Source: Lytechinus pictus (Eukaryota). Taken from it: a DNA stretch of 64,000 bases. The stretch lies in the NCBI RefSeq assembly GCF_037042905.1, contig NC_087250.1, positions 16,680,001 through 16,744,000 on the forward strand. The letters run 5' to 3'. The notes under the pieces are model-generated. The model did no database searches. It saw nothing but the letters and a program-made list of their open reading frames with translations, and had not been told where the DNA came from. Of this stretch, positions 52,271 to 64,000 are shown piece by piece (positions within the stretch are counted from its first letter, which is position 1; the number at the start of each line of letters is the position of its first letter). A program made the position numbers and the translations under genes.

Positions 52271-53159
52271 TCAGGTAAAAAATCTCGATATAACATAACA
52301 TTAAAAAAAAGTGAAGGTCATTTTGTCCTGCGTGAAATTTTAAAAGTAATAAAAAGATGGTCACTAAAATTGAAGTTCATTTTGTTTCCCAAAAAAAGGT
52401 TTTAACTAAAAATGATTGAAGGCCATTTTGTTCCTCTTAAAATTTGTCAAGTATAAAAAAAAAAATCACTAAAAAATGAAGGTCATTTGTCCCACGTAAA
52501 ATTTGACAAGCCCCCCCCCCTTAAAAAAAAATGAAAGGTAGCTGATAATGATTGAAGATCATTTTTTCTTGCATAACATTTTACAAAAAAAAGTGTGTCA
52601 CTATTTGGCGAGCCCCCTACCCTCCAAAAAAAAGGTTTAATTAATAATGATCGAAGGTCATTTTGTCTCTCGTAAAATTTGACAAATAAAAAAAAAGTTG
52701 TCACTAAAAAAAGAAGGTCATCTTGTCGCGCGTTATATTTGGCAAGCCCCCACCCCCCTAAAAAAGTTTGTCATTAAATATAGAAAGTCATATGTTCAAA
52801 GTAAAATAAATTTGGGAAGCAAAAAAGAAAAGGACAAAAAAGAGCAAAGAATATGAACAAAATATCCCCATTACAAATATTGCTGTGATTCTCATAAGGA
52901 GGTGGGGGGGGGGGGACTTAACTTTGTACGAACGACATTTTTTTTTTACATCCAAAATATTGACTATGAATCTCAAAAGGTGGAACGGGCCAGAAATGCT
53001 CAACCCCCCCCCCCCCCCCCCCCCCCCCCCCGATCTGCCATTGATTCCAATCGATAATGACTTTTCCCTGCAATACTGATGCTTGAAATCAAGATACTGA
53101 AGATTGATATATTGTAATATAAATTATGAACGTCTGACAAAAAGATAACCAACTGATCA

Positions 53160-54644
53160 CCAGGGGCGGTATTCTGAAAGCTCAATTAGCGGTCAATTAG
53201 CGCTCAATTAGCATTTTGGTATTCTGAAAAGTCACTTAAGTGCCCCTTTCCTTATTTGGCAGGGTTGCGTTGCGCGCACTTGCAACAGTACGCGTTATGA
53301 CCGCGCGAAGACTTAATTGAGTAGTTACGAGACTTTTGGTATTCTGAAAAGTCTCTTAGCGCTCAATTAGCGGACTTTCCAGTGGGGAAAGATAATGGTG
53401 ATAAGAGGTCCATTAAGTCTCATTTTCTCTTGCTAAATGTGGCTTTCATTTCGTATAAATATCATCAAATCGGTTTAATACTGCGACCAAATTTAGGAGG
53501 AAGCAAGAGAATAAAGGAGAAAGGTATACAAAGGGAATAAAGGGAAAGAAGGTGGTATGGGTGTCCAAACTTGGCGGACTTTTAAACAATATGTTTCAGG
53601 CTTAAATTTGTTAAAAAAATATTCACAATTTATACAAGTAAAATAAGGAATGGGGGCTATATTTGGTAATAAAGAAATTAAAAAAGAAGGAAAAAGAAAA
53701 CAGAAATTGTGTACTTATAGGGGAAATATGACTATTATTTTTCTATATTTTCTTTTATTATAAGCATCATAAAGTATTTTTGCACATTATTTTGACAATA
53801 ATGAGATTGCCAAGTAACAATAGATGCAGCAATGTTCAGGGGGGAATCAAACCTTGTTTCCGACAATGAAAAAATAAGCATTGACCCCTTTGGTACAAAA
53901 GAAAAAAAATAGTGAGGGATGCCATCGTTTTCCCCACCTATAAAATCTTAAATATCATAACATTTGTACATCCAATTTCAATAAAATTTCGGCTTTTTTA
54001 ACGATTATGCTAGTTTGATTGTTAAAATCATTTTATTCAAATCAGCATTTCGTTGAAGAAGATTTCTCATAAAAATGAAAAGTATGTTATTTTTAAAATA
54101 AGTAGGAATTAAGTTAAAGAAGAACCCCCCCCCCATCATGACCCCGAGACAGAGGCAAATAAAATATTGTAAAAAAAAACAAAACAAAGAAAGCTACAAT
54201 AGGTGGATGTGAAATCAGAACGCGTTCGAAAAAAAAGAGAAAATCACAAAGGTACAATAAATGAGAGAAAGGGAAAAGACAACAGTTAGCTTCAACAACA
54301 TAATGACCCTCCTGTTAATCTCCGATGCAAATGCTTTTAGCATTATTTTTCAGCAAAAATTTTTTGTATCAATATCGTGGTGCAGTCCACCTGCAGCAGC
54401 CGGGCGCTGCGCTGCAAGCCAGCAAAGTGAAGAGACACTACGCGCTGGGAGAAAATTTTACGTTGTAAGAGCGCATTTGATTGGCTAATTCGGCTCAGTA
54501 GGGGCGTGGCCTAAAGGGAGTTAATTGAGCGCTAATAGAGTTTTCAGAATACGAATTTGGAGGTACATTAGCGCTCCATTAAATGGGTAACTTATGAGGA
54601 AACTTAAGTGGAAACTTACGAGACTTTTCAGAATACCCCCCCAG
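53160..54644. mobile_element. Non-autonomous TIR element with an imperfect 8-bp TSD
   Basis: TIR GGGG(C/G)GGTATTCTGAAA / TTTCAGAATACCCCCCC; TSD ACTGATCA (53152-53159) and ACCGATCA (54645-54652). Confidence 0.7.
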
Positions 54645-56067
54645 ACCGATCAGCTGACCAGTACGTGAATCACATCGTAGTTGATCAGTCCCCACAGCGT
54701 TTGGAACGCTCACCAAGAATTCAAGAAAAAAGACTGAAAATGTAAGTTTAACCTCAATCCATTAAATTTCAAATGTCGTAGAAGTTTCCTTATCATGTTT
54801 AATTAAAACTAATTAATACTAATACCTAAATTGTTACCATCCACTATGTATTATATTAAGGCGTACATTTGCCAAAGTTCTTGGGTGCAAATAGAAACGG
54901 CAATGTCTAACCGGTTTTATCACTGATGTCGCCTATGAGGTCCATACATGTAATGTTTGGACCTCATTGGTACTAGGAGTGGACTCAGTCAAGTAACCTC
55001 GCACTAAAGGCAAGTTAGTGCGTTACATTAAAATGCAAATGTGGGACTGGGATAAAAAGAAAACCGAAAATTTCGAGATCCATTCTCGATCCATATAGGC
55101 CTATTGCAATATATTGTTAGATCTAACATGGGGGGAAACTACCGAAATTAACAAATATAAAATCATGAATAAATAATTTGACATATCTACCTCCGAAGAC
55201 TTTGTAAACTTACAAACAAAATTGTTCTAAATTCCGAACTTGCTATTTCATGAATCGTTGTTTTGGCGTCCGTAGTTATGACCTTTGACCTTTATAAAAA
55301 GGTGCTTTCCCCGTAGACAGCTGGCAGCCGTCTGTTTTGAGGAGTTTTTTAACATTTTGTTTTTGTTATTTCTCCTCATACAGACGGCTCGCTATCGTGC
55401 AGCCACCATTAGGGGACTTCCAATGCAAAATCCCCCCGTCGGGGCTCTTCAATTTTTGTCTTTAATGAAATTTTTTTTTGAAAATTAATGCGACCAAAAT
55501 ACAAATTAACATTCCCTCTTGGCATTTATTGCCAAGAAACGGAGAAAAATCAATTGGCCCGGTTGAATGCTTCTTCTTCTTCTTCTCTCATCTGTCATGG
55601 TTCCATAGGCATAAACCAGACTTTATGGATGCTTATGTTTTCATTCTGCTTGAATAAGTTGAACGAGAAGCTAGCTGCAGACAGACGAAAAGACTGAGTC
55701 TGAGGCTGCGCCGTGAGGGGAGCTTGGTCTGAAGTTGGAGCGGGTTATTCAGAGTCAGACACGCCGACACTTGCGGCCTAGCGACAGATCGATTTAGGTA
55801 GTGTGCTCGCTTTCTTTCCAGACCAAGGCCAGGGCAAGGTGCAGTCCAAATAATAATATTGGGATTGTCCTAGAAAAGAAGGATATCCTAATAGACCAAG
55901 ACAAATCATTTCTTGATTTGGATTGTCCTTGTTTATGGGGACGATTTTTTTTTCTTCACTTTCTTATAAGTTATACTATAGGCTATAGCCATATTGGCAT
56001 AGGCCCTGGCTGCGGATGGATGGCAATTATTTACGATAGCTCGAGAGTAGTACTACTAATAGTCATG

Positions 56068-57982
56068 GGGCCTGTTGCATGAAAGGGTCTTTCGTAGGAC
56101 CATTCTACGTAAGAACGAGATATCGCTCAACTGTTTCACAAAGCCGATTTGGGCGATACGAAGAATGGTCCTTGGAAAGACACCTCCAGACATGTCCTAC
56201 GTAGGCATGATCTTCTTTGCACACCGCCCGCCACCGTCGGTATTGAGAGAAAATGCATTTACGGCAAGCCACACTGACATATCACCTCTAAACATTTTTT
56301 TGGTTGCACTCTGATGCATTTGATCTGGGATGGCGCCAAGTTATTTTTAATATGGGGGCTAGTTGTCATCAATTTCAGGTCGTCTTTTTGCACGGCAGGA
56401 CGACCAAAAACGGATGTCATTTTAACTTCTCCGGGGTACATGTATTATTCCCGGGGGTAATGTATAGGGCCAAATATTGTTTTTAATATGTTTTCTTCTA
56501 TTCTCCCTCCGTCTTATCCCCACCCCTTTTCTATTAAAAAAATAAACTTGAAATACTTAAAAGGGGCGGCACTATATCTCTTTAGCCGACCCCTCATGCT
56601 TTCTCATTATAATAACATTCAGCAAAAAAAAACAAGACAAACAAAACTAAGATGTTAAACATGCTAAATCATTTATTTATTTTTATTTTATTTTCATTAT
56701 AATTATTTTTTTTTGCTGAGATTTATTTTAATCAATGAAAATTAATTGTTGGATTTGAAACAGTGAAACAAAACAAAAAACCTTCAGCTAATATTGAATT
56801 TAAGATACAGATTAAGCCTATAGCTTACGAATCCATCACAATAATTACAAATGAAGATAAGTTCATTAAAGAAAAGATTATGGAAAGTCCATACGAAGAG
56901 GCGCACTTTAAATCTTATAGGGTAGGCCCCTTTCGGCCCTTATGTCATCATAGCATATAGTCTCTATACTCCTTAACTTTGAAATGTTGAACATATATAT
57001 TTTTTATGTTATTTCTTAAACCTTATATTCTTATATAAACTTCCATAAATTAAGTGATCATCTTTAAATATGACCAGCGTTCATGATCGTTGTCATATTT
57101 AGCATTATTTCTGTAAAAGTATTTTTTCCATTGCGGATTGATTCACATCTTTTTCTATGTTTTAATTATTATTGCAAAGTACTACTTTATCCACTTGGAC
57201 ATGTTTGCAGCAATTTTCATATTTTCATTTTCTTCTGTTACTCATCATGCAACTGAGGTATGTTTATACTCTAAACACTCACATTTGTATTTCTTGCGTT
57301 ATATCTGACAAATAAAATAAATAAATTAGATTTTTCACACGCAGCCTCTCATATTTTCCTTTTTAGTCTCATACAATCAGACACTGTTGATTTTGTTTAC
57401 TCCATTCAAACCCTATATTTACCTCAACAAATAACATATTAACGCATAATTTGCAAAATTATCATTATATACAAGTATTCTATAAAAATACAGAATATTG
57501 AACTAATTAATGTCGAAATTACTTATTTAAATCAATTTTTATGTCGGACAAGGGTCTCTTTCGTTGAAATATCAATAAAAGGTGTCTCTAAAAAGACACC
57601 GTGTTCTAAATAAGGGAAATAATGAAAATTTCGATTTTATTTAGTTATGTTTGTGAATCTTTAAAGTTTTTTTCTCTTTTAACCTCATAAAGTAAGCTCC
57701 ACACATCAATTCTACTATCAGTAATAAATCAATAATTCTTTGATCTCCTACTATTGAAATATCGGATTTTATGTAAAGTCGTCATTCAGAAATAAAAGGT
57801 TCAGGTGACGATGAAGACTAAATATTTTTCCGATACTATCGATATCAAACGATGTCGCGGACTTGGAAGACAAGATTGCCTTCGTGAAACGGAAAGCGCT
57901 GATTTGTCGCCAATCTTCCTATCTCGGAAGAATGGTCCTAGGACGTTCCTACGTATCGCTCATCTCGTCATGCAACAGGCCC
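56068..57982. mobile_element. Non-autonomous TIR element with a 3-bp TSD (PIF/Harbinger-like)
   Basis: GGGCCTGTTGCATGA / TCATGCAACAGGCCC; TSD ATG. Confidence 0.7.
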
Positions 57983-60513
57983 ATGGTAGTAGTATGATGG
58001 TGGGCCCTAAGTCTGCGCACCTAACAATTTGAGTTAAGATTTAACATTAATTTCTTCTTATTTCACAAAATCTTTCAGTTAATAATGTTCCTTCTATTAT
58101 TATATTAAGAGTAAGTGTACCAAACTTCTCATTAAAAAATGAAAGAAAATATAGGATTTTCTTGAAAAAACCTCAGGCAGTCATTTTCAGATTTAAAAAA
58201 AATGGTACCCCATGTCTGCGCACTCATTCACTTTGCACACGATTCGGGGATTTTTATGAGAAAGGCTGCATTTTGAGACCGTCACATGAAATGCCCTAAA
58301 TTCATTATTTTTCCACCATTTTGAGTCTGATTTTTTATTGAATACCTGTCTATGTATTGCATGTGTAAAGCTCATGCTCGTTGCGTATCTTCTTTTACTA
58401 GAATCGCGCAGATACGCGTGTGCGCAGACAAGGGGGACTGCGCAGACTTGGGGGAACTTGCCATACTGTAGTAACGTTAGCACTAGTAAAAAATTTGCCG
58501 TTACTAGATTCAGTGAGGCTTCATTCCCCCAGTTCACTGTCTATTTTTTTTATGACTTGCCATCTTCCAATAAATAATCTTGTTATGAAAGTGAAGCCTG
58601 ATATGTTTACATTGACTAGCCCACATGATCATGATGATTGGTGTCAGCACTTAACAGGTGAATCAACTTATTTCCTATTATAAAATAGCTGTATTATTTC
58701 AAGCATCGCGATTGGTCAATACGCGTCACATGACATCCAACTTTTTTTGTGCACTGCATGGCAGTGCAAAAGGTGTGCAACGAAAATTGACATTGCACGC
58801 TCGAGCAAACCAGTGCGGTAGAAGTCCAACAAAACTGTACTGTAACTTTTTAAAAAATTGTTTCTGTGTTGCTATTTTATAAAACAAATAATGCACTTGC
58901 TCTGTCGTGCGTAAAAGTAAATGCAGAGAAAGCTCGGTTTCTTCAGATGGAGCACACTGGGCACTCGCCACAAGCGGCTCGTGCACAGTGCGACTCCTAT
59001 CTAAAGAAACCTTGCGTGCTCTGCATTTCCACTAACGCACTCGGCTGCATGCATTATTTGTATACTATCCTAGATTTAGTGTGGAAAAAAATCTTTTAAT
59101 AAACTGAGACAGTTCCTGTAATGGAATGATCCCAATTTTCTGACCAGCACCTCTATTTTTTACACCATGCATCACTCATCAGGAGATTATCTCTGAGATA
59201 GAGTCTTGATAGTAAAGTTTCTTGTACAATAGTTTTGTAAATAAATTTGGTATCCCATTTCAGAGACAGTCTCTAGTCTTAATACTCTGTTGCTTGGGAA
59301 AGATTCTTTATTATTTTTTGTTTTTTGCAGAGTCAGAGAAATTTCTAATTCTGATGATAGGTTTGTTAATTCCTTATGAAAAATTTCTCCTTATAATCGT
59401 CTACTGTACTTCAAAATTTTGTTTTCTTTACATTTTTTTTAATCACATGAACAAAACAAATAAGGTAGTCTCCTTTACATTTACCTCAAGTGATGTTCGT
59501 GCAGGCTCCACTTCACACTACTACACTACGCTCCACCTACCCACTTGTTCACTGCTACCATCCTGCCTGTGGGGAATCTACAGGTAGGACTGTCTATGGT
59601 ATGCCAATGCTGTACATAGCAGACACTTTAAAAAAATCATTAAAATATCACTTTCGTGACCAAAATTACTAATTTCCATACAGTTGCAATGTATTTTTCA
59701 TTAGTAACGTGGGAATAATTTTTGTATTCACCAGAGTGCTCAAAAACTTGAATTTTGGGCATATTTTTGTGTACGCCCTCTATTGGTGGAAAGTATTGTA
59801 TGGCAAGAAAATTTTCATTTTTCGATCTCTATTTTTAAATAAGAAAAAATAATTTAAAGTATCAAATTTACATAAGAGCCAAGTTATATGATGAAAAGCT
59901 GTAATTGGAAACTGACAGTGTAAGAAAATCAAGGCATTTTTCCCATAGAAAAAGAGAAAATAAGCCAAAATTGCCACCCTTATTTTGCCACACATGGAGA
60001 TGTAACTGAGAACAAGGTTTTATCATAACCTTGTTCATTGAATGAGTGCACCTACCCAAACATCGAGCCCCAAAACTCGCTCTGATACTCTGAGTGGCAA
60101 AGGTGGGAAAAAATGCACATTTATTGTAAAAATCCTACACCGAAAATAGCTAACAAAGTAACAAGAGTAAGAAGCTTAATTTCTTACTTTTCATCCTAAT
60201 GTTACTCCATATATCCATCCTCCGGTTAGCCTCAAAATTGGTGATTTAGAGCCAACATCGAGTTTGCTGCCGATTTCAAAACATTGCATGCGCGAGGGTC
60301 CGAGCTCAGCCCCTCTCGCATGCACATAAGATGTTTTGAAATCGGCAGCAAATTATTTAATTAGTTTCATTGATGGTTAATTTGCAAATCATAGCTCTCA
60401 CAACCAGTTTATTGCAAGTAAATCTGACCCTTATTTCATTTTCCACTTTATCCCTTTTTGTCCCATCAGGTACTGCATATCCATTCTAATTCAGAAACTA
60501 TCGAAGAGTCACC

Positions 60514-60621
60514 ATGGATAATTGGCATCCCATAGCCCGTGTGTATCATCCACTAACAGCAGGTTCTATAGATGGGACTGACTCCAGACCACATGATAGA
60601 GCTGTAGAGAGAGCTATAAAG
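60514..60621 (+). CDS. SNRNP35: SNRNP35 first coding exon (exon starts at 60470)
   Basis: ACCATGG Kozak context; upstream acceptor CAG at 60467-60469; GT at 60622. Confidence 0.92.
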
Positions 60622-63489
60622 GTACATCTACCATATAAATGAATTTATATTCTTAAATTGAATACATAAAAAAAGAAAGATAAAAAATGAAATAGGGAAG
60701 GGGAGTAGGCCTAGGATGATTACCCTTTTTGTCATTCATAAGTTCTCCAGGGTAACAACTGGCTCCATGACATTTGCTCTGGCGTCAATTGCTCCGCTGT
60801 AAATTGCACATACTATTCGAATGACAAACTTCAACCCTGGGTTTATTTCTTCGATGGAATAAAGCATGGAGCAATTGTCGCCGGAGCAAATGTCTTGTCA
60901 CCAAACAACCGAATCGTTTGAACAATTAAGATTCCTGGATTATCAAAAATCACAATTGTCATTGAGGAGCATCGAAAGCAGCAGCTTGAAACCTTTTATT
61001 TTTCATAATTTCACATTGTTTTGGCATACCGTTGAATGGTAATATCTTAAAGATTCGAGTTACCTTTATTTCTCTATAAAATGCTATTGTATTGGTGCAT
61101 TTGTCCCATGCAATATTAAGTTTTCTGCTACTGAGTTAATGCCTTCTTTTGAAGATGTTCCTTTTTTTCCTCTGTAACTAAGTATTGACACATAAATATA
61201 GAATTGTTTCTGCTTCTTTCTTCAGGCCAGCTATGTACCGCCCTCTATAGACGGTGACCCGCATTTGACCTTGTTTGTTGCTAGGCTCAACCCTGAAACA
61301 ACAGAGAAAACCTTGGAAAAGGTAAATATTGTATTCCGGAAGTGCAATGAAGTATTTCACTGATGGAGTTACTGTATTTAAGTTTTGAGAGAGAGAGACA
61401 GTGTACATGTACATGCAGTGCTTTTGGAAAACAGGAACCAAAAGAAAGGGGGGGGGGGGGAATATGGCTTAGGAGAAAAAGTTCATTTAACATTTTATTT
61501 ACAAAAACCTGATTACAAAAGTTGCACATGCATCGTACCCTCTAGAAATTATATATGATTATTGTAAACACCTACAAATCCAGTGCACGCAGACAATACG
61601 TTTTTACAAAAGGTGTTGGCTTTATGGTTTGCCTTTCAATACATATTCCAGCTACGATGTAGATACCATACTAATGATGTCATAGAATATTTACTGCGCA
61701 ATTCTTAAACATTATTTTTACATACAAGAAACAAATTTCTGCCATGTATTTTCAATGTTAACTAATTTTATAAAACAAATAATGTGCAGGTTTGGTATTA
61801 TGTCAATGTATTTTATCAACGTTATTAATCTTCTCTCAATCAAATTTCTCTTCCCTATCCACTTTTGATATACATGTATTCCTATTATTTTGTGCAATAA
61901 AAGATAAGTCTCTTTTATTGCACTATACTGTCTGGTTTTCTATCCCCTTTCCTTTCGAGGCCTCCATCACTTTCAAGCTCCAAGCTTAAGATGGAGGTCT
62001 CCCACATTTCTATATATATATGTTCAGTAATTAAAGAAAATGTATATATAGATATAATTTTCACAGTACAGTTGATATTTTATAATGATTTATGTGCATT
62101 ATTCATTATGTTTAAAAAAATATTTGCCTATTATGTAATATTGAAAAAAAAAATATTATACTTGTATATTCTTTGTTTTTGTTTTGAAATGTGGAAATAA
62201 AATAAATCAAAATCAAATCAAATCAAATGCTGTATGTAAGATTTAAGCCCCATGCTTCTTGCCCCATTTTAAGTACTAAGGATTGCTGCATTGCTACACT
62301 GCAAAAACACCGGTATCTATATCAGAAAACACTAGGGAAGCGTTGAAACAATACCAGTTAAGAATCAAACTGATATTGGTTTTAAAACACTGATTTGTTT
62401 GTTTAAATGCCTGTATGGTGTACCGGTATAAAGCCTATTAACCCTCGGAGACCAAATTTGCGACAACCGGGTACGCGGTTCCAAAGTTACGCAACATTTT
62501 GTAAGTGCATGTCAGACCAAAAATTGCTCAAAAACATGATTTTGTGTACAAAGTCAATGCAAATTGTGTTTTCAACCCATAATCATAATTGTATGACTAT
62601 TTTTAGTTTTGCTGGTCTAAATGGATTTATTTTATGCTGTTTATGATCTCAAAAGAGTCCCCAACAAAGTTCATTGAAAAAACTTTATAAAAAAAAAAGG
62701 CAAAAAAAACAGAGAAATACATAAGAAATTGCAAAAAACAATAAAATACAGAAGAAATTGTTCTGATATCGCAATTATTTTCATGTTCCTTTGCTGAGAC
62801 CACCACAAACAGTTTCTACACCAAAAATTAGAACATTTGGAGCTTTATTTAGGGGATAAAAGGAAAAAGTATGATTTTGCATACTAATTACGCATAGATT
62901 AGCATAATTAATAAATAACGATTTGCATGAAATAAATCAATACAGAATTTTGTAGATTATGTTCCAGGCAAGCTGCGTGCCAATTTTTGGCGCGATCGCG
63001 CGATCTACAGCCGAGATCTCAAGGGGGGCCTGGGAGCCCCCCCCCCCCCCCGGCCATATGATCTCCAAAAATACCCTGACCTAGATAGGTTTAAAGCCAA
63101 AATGGTGCTGTGTCAACACCTCTAGTGTTTACTAATATAGATACCTAGCTGGTGACACGTCTACACCAGTACTTTTGCAGTGTACCCGGTACTGTAAGAA
63201 TAGATGCTGGCAACCTTGGCGTTATTTTTGTTGAAAGACATGCTGTAATAACACATATTCTGTGCTTAATTCCAGACATTTTCAAAGTATGGTGACCTGA
63301 AGCAAGTGAATCTAATCCGCGATGCTGTAACAGGCTTCTCAAAGCAGTATGCGTTCATGGAGTTTGAAGATGAACGTGCTGCAAGACGTGCAAGGGCCGA
63401 GGCTGATCAGAGTGTGATTGAAGAACATATTGTCTTTGTAGACTGGGAGTGTGAACACACCCTGGATGGATGGATACCCAGAAGGCTAG
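60514..63489 (+). CDS. SNRNP35: U11/U12 small nuclear ribonucleoprotein 35 kDa protein (RRM); partial, continues beyond the window
   Basis: Exons 60514-60621, 61226-61321, 63276-63489: MDNWHPIARVYHPLTAGSIDGTDSRPHDRAV...GDPHLTLFVARLN...RDAVTGFSKQYAFMEF...GWIPRRLG. The AGSIDGTD..PHD motif distinguishes U11-35K from U1-70K. Confidence 0.93.
61226..61321 (+). CDS. SNRNP35: SNRNP35 coding exon 2 (RNP2)
   Basis: ASYVPPSIDGDPHLTLFVARLNPETTEKTLEK; AG/GTAAAT. Confidence 0.92.
62442..63090. mobile_element. piggyBac-like element nested in a MITE (about 62295-63185)
   Basis: TTAA flanks; same family as 31144-31856; outer ends TACACTGCAAAA...TTTTGCAGTGTA. Confidence 0.7.
63276..63489 (+). CDS. SNRNP35: SNRNP35 coding exon 3 (RNP1)
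   Basis: TFSKYGDLKQVNLIRDAVTGFSKQYAFMEFED...GWIPRRL; AG/GTAGAT. Confidence 0.92.
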
Positions 63490-64000
63490 GTAGATAGTAT
63501 GAGCACACCCTTAATGATTGGATTCATGTATGATACATGTAGTGTGAACACACTTCTGGTGATTAATTTATGGGAAGTTGAGTCTAGATGCAATATGCAC
63601 CTTTTCAACATACTTTTCATGCAGCCCCATTAAATATAATTAGGAAAGTGTTTCTTTGTTGTTTTTAGGGGGGTGGGGGTTAATTTCTATTTTCATCCAT
63701 TTTCATTTTTTTTTTTCTGAATATGTTTCTCTCTGTTTCTGTCCTTTTCTCTTTCACCTTCTCCCCATACCTCTTATAACTTTGGGTGTTATCTGCCTCC
63801 CTCCCCCCTCCCTCTACACCACTTGATTTGTATGCGCTCTCACTCTTTCTCCTTCTCACCACTTTAATCCCTTATATTTAACCAACCCCCTTGTTTTCTA
63901 TATATCACTCTCCCACTCTCTCCTTTTCTCTGCCTCTCTCATATCACCCTTCCTCTCCCTCTTACTCCCCCCTCTCTCCATTTTCACCTACACTTTTCTT

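Noticed and set aside
54742..60469. USSE-like tandem U11-binding 5' splice sites (as in SNRNP48/RNPC3 autoregulation) upstream of the SNRNP35 CDS
   Set aside because: By eye I found no tandem RTATCCTT-like motifs

Overview
Intron-rich, AT-rich animal genomic DNA. The repeat landscape suggests an invertebrate deuterostome such as a sea urchin, but this is inference. Three protein-coding genes were reconstructed by hand with consistent splice phases. (1) PSMD2/Rpn1, a 26S proteasome subunit: + strand, 20 coding exons, 971-28127, about 896 aa. (2) A consortin-like (CNST) gene with a C-terminal TM helix: - strand, 8 coding exons, 46868-33845, about 487 aa. (3) SNRNP35, the U11/U12 snRNP 35K protein: + strand, three coding exons from 60514, continuing past the window end. 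PSMD2 and CNST-like each contain a U12-type (minor spliceosome) intron, and they lie next to a minor-spliceosome gene. Tandem duplications span several splice sites, including a 10-copy 128-bp array that repeats a PSMD2 donor site. The putative CNST/SNRNP35 bidirectional promoter appears to be tandemly duplicated. Penelope-type minimal hammerhead-ribozyme-like motifs sit in PSMD2 introns. There are many non-autonomous DNA transposons (some triply nested), SINEs and LINE fragments. I found no prokaryotic system, CRISPR array or intact transposase/RT ORF.
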